Shown one piece after another: positions 56,586-64,000 of a stretch of 64,000 bases of DNA. This DNA is from an uncultured delta proteobacterium. Its GTDB lineage: Bacteria > Myxococcota_A > Polyangia > Polyangiales > Polyangiaceae. The notes below the pieces were generated by a model. The model was not told where the DNA came from. It made no database searches and saw nothing but the letters and a program-made list of their open reading frames with translations. The stretch is from positions 960,001-1,024,000 of the forward strand of contig CAWDXG010000001.1 in the NCBI GenBank assembly GCA_963806225.1, read 5' to 3'. The stretch's first letter is position 1. Every line of letters starts with the position of its first letter. Made by a program: the position numbers and the translations under genes.

Positions 56586-57005
56586 TCACGCTGCGAGGCG
56601 CAGCAGGAACCCGACGAACAGGACGGAGAAGCCGCCGACTTCGCCGATGACCAGCAGCACCATGCCCGTCGTGGTGACGAAGTTCCTGCGTTCGAACTGA
56701 TTGTCGGTGGCGTCGGTGATGCCGAGGCGGATGTAGGTGGCGACGGCAATCGCGAAGAAGAGGATGGGCAGCGCGGCGGCCACGAAAGTGAGCGTCCGGG
56801 AGAAGGGGCTGAAACCGGCGAAACGCGCCAGCACGAGACAGGCAAAGCTGTAGAGCAGCGCCGCGCGGTGCGCGGTGTCGACGTAGTAGGGAGCACGGTG
56901 CGTGGAGCGGGTGAGCATGGCGCGCCACTTCCACACGCCCGTCAAGAGGCCGGTGAGGAAGAAGACGCCGCAGGCGACCAGGGCGAGCGTGATGGCGGGA
57001 GTCAT
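56586..57005 (-). CDS. Four-TM membrane protein with a His in TM2
   Basis: Four hydrophobic segments; YYVDTAHRAALLYSFA. Confidence 0.8.
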   Translation of the reverse strand: MTPAITLALVACGVFFLTGLLTGVWKWRAMLTRSTHRAPYYVDTAHRAALLYSFACLVLARFAGFSPFSRTLTFVAAALPILFFAIAVATYIRLGITDATDNQFERRNFVTTTGMVLLVIGEVGGFSVLFVGFLLRLAA

Positions 57006-57029
57006 CGCCGGAGTATACCCTGTCGGGGC

Positions 57030-57434
57030 ATGCCGGACCCGGAGCCCGTGTACGTCGTTGGTGCGGCCATCCTGCGCGAGGGTCGCTGTCTGGTGGCGCG
57101 CCGCAGCGCGGCCATGAGCGCGCCGCTGTGCTGGGAGTTTCCCGGTGGCAAGGTCGAGGGCGGCGAGCTGCCGCGGCAGGCGCTGGTGCGGGAGATCCGC
57201 GAGGAGCTGGGGGTGGAGATCGCAGCGGGCGACTGGCTTGGGCGTGGCGAACAGGTCGAGGGCGACCGGGTGATCGTGCTCGATGTGTATGCCGCCGAGC
57301 TTCGCTCCGGCGAGCCGCTTCCGCATGAGCACGACGCCTGCGAGTGGCTTGTCCCCGAGGAGCTCCGGCGTCTCGACTGGGCGCTGCCCGATGTGCCGAT
57401 CGTGGAGCGGGTGCTCGAGCGGCTCTCGCGCTAG
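57030..57434 (+). CDS. MutT-like NUDIX hydrolase
   Basis: WEFPGGKVEGGE...ALVREIREELG Nudix box. Confidence 0.92.
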   Translation: MPDPEPVYVVGAAILREGRCLVARRSAAMSAPLCWEFPGGKVEGGELPRQALVREIREELGVEIAAGDWLGRGEQVEGDRVIVLDVYAAELRSGEPLPHEHDACEWLVPEELRRLDWALPDVPIVERVLERLSR

Positions 57435-58000
57435 CCCGATTTTCTGTTCGCGATGCGCCGTCGCCGCGCGAGCGCCGGCAGCAGTCGTCCCTGGTAGAAG
57501 TGCAACAGACGGAGCTTCGTGATCGCGGGTTCGGGTCGTCCGTCGACTGTCTTGGTCGTGTCGCTCGCGAGGCAGAACAGCAGGCGGGCTTCTGCGGCGG
57601 AAAACCGGTTGGCGAGCCAGCCTTTCCAGCCCGCGCGCGCTGCACGGCCGCGTCCGACGATGACGCTACGGAGCTCGGCGCGGGTGAGGCGCTCGGCACC
57701 TGGCGCGAACAACGCGTCGAAGCGGGCGCGGTCGAGCTCGCCGCGCTGGTTGAACACGCCGGTGTCGAACGGATGCACGCCCGCTGCGATGTGCGCGACC
57801 GAAATGGTGAGAGACGCGCGGCCGCGCGTGATCGGTCCGAGGAAGAGGTTGATGATGCCGGCCAGGATGCCGCTGGTGACGCAGCCGACGCCGAGCCGGC
57901 GCAGGCCGCCGTAGGTTTCCGGCAACGTGACGAGGCCGTCTCGGTCGGCGTCGAAGTAGTCCGCATGGCGCTCTAGCGCCGTGAGTCCGTTGCCCTCCAC
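57431..58000 (-). CDS. Caleosin/peroxygenase family protein
   Basis: ALERHADYFD, EF-hand DADRDGLVTLPE, ETYGGLRRLG, hydrophobic segment, VHPFDTGVF..G...RF..LF, FYQG.L. Confidence 0.8.
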   Translation of the reverse strand: MEGNGLTALERHADYFDADRDGLVTLPETYGGLRRLGVGCVTSGILAGIINLFLGPITRGRASLTISVAHIAAGVHPFDTGVFNQRGELDRARFDALFAPGAERLTRAELRSVIVGRGRAARAGWKGWLANRFSAAEARLLFCLASDTTKTVDGRPEPAITKLRLLHFYQGRLLPALARRRRIANRKSG

Positions 58001-58178
58001 CTTGGTGTGGGACCATAGCCCGATCCGCTCCGCATCGGCAGGCTTGTCTGGGGGCTTCGCGGCAACTTTCCTTTGGATTGCGGGCGCTGCCGGGAGCCGC
58101 TAGGGTCGACTCTCTCGAGAACGCGGATTCCCGCGAACCGAGGGGGTTTCCCAGGTGGGCGAGCGAAGCGATGTGTCG

Positions 58179-61100
58179 ATGGATTCCGCCGCTGGCGGGT
58201 TCCCGGACACGGAGCGCTTCGTCCTCGAAGGGCGGCTGGGTGAGGGCGGCATGGGTGTGGTGTACCGCGCTCGCGATCGCGAGCTTGGGCGCATGGTCGC
58301 ACTCAAGACCATGACGCACGTCGACCCAGGCTCGCTTCTGCGATTCAAGAAGGAATTCCGCGCACTCGCCGACATCATGCACCCGCATGTGGTGGACCTG
58401 TACGAGCTGATCTCGGCGGGCGAGCAGTGGTTCTTCACCATGGAGCTCGTGGACGGCGTGGATTTCCTGACGTGGGTGCAGGAGTCGGCTCCGCGTTCGT
58501 CCCAGCGCAATGACCAGCACTCGCTGGTGCGCAGGCTGACCACGCGCGGGGCGGTGGCGCCGACGCTGGACGCCAGCACGCTGCCCGAGGGCGTACTGCC
58601 GGAACGACCCGCGTCGTCGCGCGGCGCGCTGTCGTGTTGCGTCGACCAGCCGGAGCGCCTGCGCGCGGCGCTCCGGCAGCTCACCGAGGGCGTGATCGCG
58701 ATTCACGCCGCCGGCAAGTTGCACCGCGACATCAAGCCGTCCAACGTGCTGGTCACGCGCGGCGGCAGGGTCGTGCTGCTCGACTTCGGCGTCGTCGGCG
58801 ACTACGTCCCCGGACGTTCCGGCGACCCCGCCGAGGATTCGCTGCTCGGCACTCCCGCGTACATGGCTCCGGAGCAGGCGGGCCAGGGCTGCACGCTGCC
58901 GGCTTCGGACTTCTACGCTATCGGCACGATGTTGTTCGAGGTGCTGACCGACGATCTGCCCTTTGTCGGTACGCCCCGCGAGATCCTGACCCAGAAGCGG
59001 GAGCTCGATCCCCCGGCGCCGTCGGCGCGGGTCGCTGGCGTACCGCCTGACATGGACGAGCTGTGCGTGGATCTCCTGTCGCGCGATCCAGCCCGTCGCC
59101 CCGACGGAGAGGAAATCCTGCGCCGCCTCGGCAAGGGTGGGCGCGCACATTCGGTGATCACGGTGACCGGTGCGCAGGGCAGCTTCGTCGGGCGCCGCGC
59201 GCAGCTCGACGAGCTGGACCGTGCACTGGCGTCGAGCCGCGAGGGGCGCCCGGTCGTCGTCTTCGTCAACGGTCGGTCGGGCATGGGCAAGACGGCGCTG
59301 GTCCAGCACTACTTTGAACGTCTGCGAGCGGATCCGGACGTGCTGCTCTTGGCGGGGCGCTGCTACGAACGGGAATCTGTCCCCTTCAAAGGCCTCGACA
59401 GCGTCGTCGACGAGCTCAGTCGTTTTCTGATGCGTCTGCCCGACGCGCACGCGGCCGCCCTGGTGCCGGAGGGTATCGAGGAGCTGTCCAGGGTGTTTCC
59501 CGTGCTGCGGAGCGTGCGCGCCGTACAGGCCCAGCCGCCGCCGGAATACGCCGTGGTGGAGCCGCGCGAGGTCCGGCGGCGCGCCTTTACCTCGCTGAAG
59601 CGGCTCTTGTCGGCGCTGACATCGCAGTGGTCGGTCGTGGTGCACATCGACGATCTGCAGTGGAGCGACGTCGACAGCGTGGCACTCATCAGGGAGCTCC
59701 TGGCTCCGCCTGATCCGCCGCCGGTGCTGCTCGTCTGCGGCTATCGCGACGAGCTGGCGGCGGACAGCGCGGCCGTTCAGGAGCTGCTGGCGGGCATGCA
59801 GGGCTTCGAAGAGAGCGGAACGCTGCGTCGGGTCGCGGTCGAACGGTTGTCGGAAGCCGAAGCGATCGAGTTGGCCCAGAGCTCGGTCGAGACGGGGCCG
59901 TCACCGCCGCCGGAGCTGCTCCGGGCCATCGCGCGGGAGTCCCACGGAGTACCCTTCTTCGTGGCGGAGCTGGTGCGTTGGCAGGCCGCGGAGAGTGGGC
60001 GCACCGCTCTGGAGCGGGGCAACCCGATCTCGCTGGAGCAGGTGATCACCGCCCGCGTCGAGGCGTTGCCGGCGGCGCCGCGGAAGCTTCTGTCCCTGCT
60101 CGCCGTGGCTGGCGGGCCGGTGGAGCATGAGTTGGCCGGCCGGGCCGCCGGCATCGGGGCGGTGGACCGGGTGGCAGTGAACGTGCTGCGCTCGCAGCGG
60201 CTGGCCAGGAGCTACAGCCACCTGGATCGGGAACAGGTCGACACCTTCCACGCCCGCGTGCGCGAGACCGTGATGGCTCTGCTCGATCCCGACGAACGGA
60301 GCAAGCTGCACCTGTCGCTCGCCGACACGCTGGAGCGCTCCGGCACAGCGGATCCCGAAGCGCTGCTGCAGCACTTCCTTTTCGCCGGTGAGCGCGAGCG
60401 CGCACGGCGCTACGCCGTGCCGGCGGCGCGCGCGGCGGCCAACAGTCTGGCGTTCTTGCGCGCTGCGCGGCTGTACCAGCAGGCGATCGAGCTCGAGGCC
60501 GACAAACCCTACCGGCTGTACGGCAAGCTGGCCGACGCGCTCGCGAATGCGGGCCGCAGCGCGAACGCGGCGGAGGCCTACCTTGCCGGCGCATCGACGG
60601 CGCCGTCCGAGGAGGCCATCGAGATGCAGCGGCTGGCGGCGGAGCACTTCCTCAAGAGCGGCAGGGAGCAGCAGGGGCTGGTTCTGCTGAAGGCGGTACT
60701 GGCGGAGGTCGGGCTGTCGTTTCCTCGATCGACGGCAGCCGCGCTGGCCTCGCTCTTGATGGAGCGGGCGCGGCTCGCGATCCGGGGGCGCGATCCCGAG
60801 CGGGTCGTGCGGCGCGGCAGCCCGGGCGACCTCCTGAAGGTGGACGTTGCGTTCTCGGCCACCGTCGGCCTGTCGATGTTCGATCTGGTGCGTGGCGCGC
60901 ACTTCTCGGCGCGTCATCTCAGGCTGGCGCTGTCGGCGGGCGAGCCGGTACGACTGGGGCGCGCGCTGGCACTGGAAGCCGCCAATGCTGTCGCCGTCGG
61001 CGACGGATCGCGCGAGCGCAGCGAGCGGCACGTGCGCAGAGCCGAGGAGCTCGCTACCCGCATCGACGATTTCCACGGAATGGCGCTTGCAAAATTGACC

Positions 61101-61991
61101 ACGGGGCTGGTGCGGTTCTTCGTTGGCGAGTGGCGCAGCGCCAACAAGGCCCTGGACGAGGCCACCGCGCTTCTGCGCGAACGCTGCAGCGCGGTGGCAT
61201 GGGAGCTGGCCAATGCCGAAGCCTGGTCCTGCAACTCGCTGATCCTGATGGGCGAGCTCGCGGAGACCTCGCGCCGGGTGCCGGCCTTCATCAAGGAAGC
61301 GCGCGAGCGGGAGGACCGCTACGCGCTGGTCAACATCATCTACGCCGCGTGCATCACGCACATGGTCGCCGACGACGTGGATGCGGCCTGGCACGTGACG
61401 ACGGAGGAAGGCGGCTTCTACACGCCGAGCGGCTTCACGGCCGGGCATTGGGGCGCGATGGTCTCGGCGATCTCGGTGCACCGCTACCGCGGCCAGGGTC
61501 GTCTGGCGCTGGAGCGCGTGCAGCGCGACTGGAAGCCGCTCGAGCGCTCCCAGCTCCTGCGGGTCAACGTGGTGCGCCTCACGTCCCTGTTCGAGCGCGG
61601 GCTGTGCGCCGTCGCCGCCTACGGGCACGCGGACTCCGCCTCCGATCCGCTGCGCGAAGCAGATCACTACGTGGGCCGCCTGCGCCGCGAGCGGCTCAGG
61701 TTCGCGCCGCCTCTTGGCGAGCACCTGGCGGCCTGTGTCGCGGCGGCGCGCGGCGACGCGGAGAGCGCCAAGCGCGCGCTGTCACGTGCCATCGCAGGCT
61801 ACGAGAGAGCCGACATGGGCTATCTGGAGTCGTGCGCGCGCTACCGTCACGGGCAGCTGCTCGGCGGCGACGAGGGCGCGAAGCTGGTGGCCCAGGCCGA
61901 CTCCGAGCTCGAAGCGCAGGGTGTGAAGAACGTGGAAGGCTGTCTGGCGATGAGCGCGCCCGGATTTTCGCGGTGGGTCCGCCGGTCATGA
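58179..61991 (+). CDS. Ser/Thr kinase + AAA (STAND-like) ATPase + TPR-like helical domain
   Basis: GEGGMG, HRDIKPSN, DFG, APE; FVGRRAQL, GRSGMGKT, VHIDDLQW, GVPFFV. Confidence 0.93.
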   Translation: MDSAAGGFPDTERFVLEGRLGEGGMGVVYRARDRELGRMVALKTMTHVDPGSLLRFKKEFRALADIMHPHVVDLYELISAGEQWFFTMELVDGVDFLTWVQESAPRSSQRNDQHSLVRRLTTRGAVAPTLDASTLPEGVLPERPASSRGALSCCVDQPERLRAALRQLTEGVIAIHAAGKLHRDIKPSNVLVTRGGRVVLLDFGVVGDYVPGRSGDPAEDSLLGTPAYMAPEQAGQGCTLPASDFYAIGTMLFEVLTDDLPFVGTPREILTQKRELDPPAPSARVAGVPPDMDELCVDLLSRDPARRPDGEEILRRLGKGGRAHSVITVTGAQGSFVGRRAQLDELDRALASSREGRPVVVFVNGRSGMGKTALVQHYFERLRADPDVLLLAGRCYERESVPFKGLDSVVDELSRFLMRLPDAHAAALVPEGIEELSRVFPVLRSVRAVQAQPPPEYAVVEPREVRRRAFTSLKRLLSALTSQWSVVVHIDDLQWSDVDSVALIRELLAPPDPPPVLLVCGYRDELAADSAAVQELLAGMQGFEESGTLRRVAVERLSEAEAIELAQSSVETGPSPPPELLRAIARESHGVPFFVAELVRWQAAESGRTALERGNPISLEQVITARVEALPAAPRKLLSLLAVAGGPVEHELAGRAAGIGAVDRVAVNVLRSQRLARSYSHLDREQVDTFHARVRETVMALLDPDERSKLHLSLADTLERSGTADPEALLQHFLFAGERERARRYAVPAARAAANSLAFLRAARLYQQAIELEADKPYRLYGKLADALANAGRSANAAEAYLAGASTAPSEEAIEMQRLAAEHFLKSGREQQGLVLLKAVLAEVGLSFPRSTAAALASLLMERARLAIRGRDPERVVRRGSPGDLLKVDVAFSATVGLSMFDLVRGAHFSARHLRLALSAGEPVRLGRALALEAANAVAVGDGSRERSERHVRRAEELATRIDDFHGMALAKLTTGLVRFFVGEWRSANKALDEATALLRERCSAVAWELANAEAWSCNSLILMGELAETSRRVPAFIKEAREREDRYALVNIIYAACITHMVADDVDAAWHVTTEEGGFYTPSGFTAGHWGAMVSAISVHRYRGQGRLALERVQRDWKPLERSQLLRVNVVRLTSLFERGLCAVAAYGHADSASDPLREADHYVGRLRRERLRFAPPLGEHLAACVAAARGDAESAKRALSRAIAGYERADMGYLESCARYRHGQLLGGDEGAKLVAQADSELEAQGVKNVEGCLAMSAPGFSRWVRRS

Positions 61992-63257
61992 GCGGGGTGA
62001 TCGAGCAGAGCGCGCTGACCGTGGTCGCGCCGATCCGCGAGGGAGCCGAGGGCGAGCTCGACCGTCTGTTGCGTGGGTTCAGGCTCGGTCCCGTCGATGG
62101 CGTGACGCTGGACCTGCGCAAGGTCAAGAGGCTGCATTTCGGGCGCTTCGTGATCCTACCGGCGATCGAGGATCCGGGGGGTACCGGCGAAGCTCGCCTT
62201 CGAGAGCAACTTCGACCGGTCGCTCGACGAGCACCTCGACGAGCTGTACGCGAAGAACGGCAAGGCGTTGGACCGCATCTTCTCCCACTGTGAAGGCTAC
62301 ACAGGCGGCAGCGGCTTCATGGAGTATGCCAGGAAGCAGTCCGTGCCGAGCGCCGCGTACTACCGCGCGCACGCCGGCCTCGGCGTGAAGCAGATCCGGA
62401 GCGACGCCGCCGTGCGTGACGCGATCGAAGCCTGGCTCGACGGCGAGCAGTGCGCGGGCCGGCTGCAGCAGCTCTCGGCGCGGCAGATCAGGCGTGGCCT
62501 GCTCTCGCACCTGGCGACGCTGCGGATCGACGGCGAGCCGCCGCTTCTGGGTCCCGTCGAGCGCAATCTGCCGCGCTATCCCCGGAACTATCTCGACTTC
62601 GGGCTGGCGCTGCTCGGCCAGCCGCTGCGCATCCTGCGGGCGCTGCTCGGCGCCCGGCGCCACGAGCAGCGGGAGGCCGGCGAGTGGCCCGAGCAGCGGA
62701 AGAAGCTGGTCGAGGACTGCGACCCACGTCTGGACGCCATCCATCGCAGCGAGGACCGCGTCGAGCAGAACGGGCTCACGCACCTGGTTCCGATCAAGCC
62801 GGGCGCGTACCGCCATGCGACGCTCCGCACCGCGCTGTGGGTGGTGTCGTTGGTGGCGCGTTTCATCGCCGTCACGGGGACGCTCGGCGGGCTCGATACC
62901 ATCCACTTCGCGCGCTGGGCCGTGCTCGACGACGATCGCCTGCTGTTCTTCAGCAACTACGACGGCAGCTGGGAAGCGTATCTGGGCGATTTCATCGACA
63001 AGGTCAGTCCCTGGTTGACGCTGATCTGGACGAGCACGCAGTGGTTCCCGCCCACGCGCTGGCTGTTTCGCGGGGGCGCCGCCGACGAGGGGAGCTTCAA
63101 GCGCTGGACGCGGACCTGGCAGCTCGAAAACCAGCTCTGGTACAGCGCCTATCCCCGCCTGTCGGTGGGGGCGGTGCTCGGCAATGCACGGATCCGCGAG
63201 GCCGCCGTCGGAGCACTCGACGACCAGGCGCTCGGCGAGTGGCTGGAGAAGCTCTAG
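61988..63257 (+). CDS. Uncharacterised internally duplicated protein upstream of DyP, +1 frameshift in the G-run near 62178
   Basis: ATGA overlap with the kinase; two copies of H-F-x-R..F-x-S-N-[FY]-D. Confidence 0.8.
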
Positions 63258-63267
63258 GGAGAGCGAC

Positions 63268-64000
63268 GTGGACGAACAGACGCTTTCGGACATCCAGGGC
63301 TTTCTGTTGTTCGCCTATCGGCGGCTGCCGAAGTCGTACTATCTGGTCCTCCACCTCGGCGACGACCCGGGCGCCGCGCGCGGTTGGCTCGACCGGGTCC
63401 GGAGCGAGGTCCCCGGCAGCGCCAAGCACGAACGGGGCGCAACGAAGCGCGTGCACGTCGCCTTCACGGCGCGCGGGCTGGAGCGGCTCGGGGTCCCCGG
63501 CGGGGACGTGGCGGCGGCCTTCCCGCGCGAGTTCGTGCTCGGCATGAACGACCCGGATCGCTCGAAGGTGATCGGCGACCAGAACGAGGACGCTCCGGAC
63601 AAATGGGAATTCGGTGGTCTGGAGACCACGCAGCGTGGACGCGCTGCTTCTCTTGTTCGGTACGGCCGATTCGATTGAGCAACTGCTGGCGGATCACCAG
63701 GCGCTGCTTTGCGACCATGGCATCCAGGTCATCGCCTGCCACGAAACGTACCGTCCCGATGATGCCCGCGAGCACTTCGGCTTCCATGACGGCATCTCGC
63801 AGCCGTACATCAAGGGCAGCGCCAGGCCGCCCCGCTCGGGCGAGCATCCGCTCGAGCCGGGCGAATTCATCCTGGGGCACATGAACGAGTACGGGCGTCC
63901 GGCGGCCTGCCCGGTCGTCCCGGCCCGGTACGGGGTTCCGCCACTTCTCGAGAGCGGAGAGGGCCACGTGCGCCTGGGGCTGAACGGCAGCTATCTCGTC
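63268..64000 (+). CDS. DyP-type peroxidase, 3'-truncated by the window edge, +1 frameshift near 63634
   Basis: DIQG, VAFTARGL..LG, F..GM; after the shift EHFGFHDGISQP (GXXDG), PGEFILG, NGSYLV. Confidence 0.9.

Overview
GC-rich (about 70% by eye) chromosomal window of a myxobacterium, most likely Polyangiaceae/Sorangium-like. The assignment rests on the eukaryote-like Ser/Thr kinases, TPR-PEGA proteins, Cys-rich lipoproteins and sigma54 promoters. There are about 50 CDS; I found no rRNA, tRNA, CRISPR array or intact mobile element. Nine single-base indels break genes, including housekeeping pgi, and are most likely long-read errors. Main signals: (1) A dispersed sigma54 regulon. Seven GG-N10-GC promoters were found, three with a perfect upstream palindrome GCGCA-N5-TGCGC and three with near-matches. 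They drive LonC+USP, Hsp20+archaeal-type MAT, CBS proteins, a GGDEF protein and orphans, resembling a low-oxygen/dormancy regulon. (2) A bacterial caleosin/peroxygenase divergent from a coupled operon of kinase-ATPase-TPR, a duplicated-domain orphan and a DyP peroxidase, near lipid-body genes and a StyC-like 4-TM protein; this is a candidate lipid-hydroperoxide/oxylipin system. (3) Unusual architectures: CBS plus degenerate GIY-YIG, a stand-alone NB-ARC, a membrane pseudokinase and an inverted MprF-like protein. (4) A decaying accessory patch at 39.6-43.6 kb. All family calls come from motif recognition by eye; no database searches were run.
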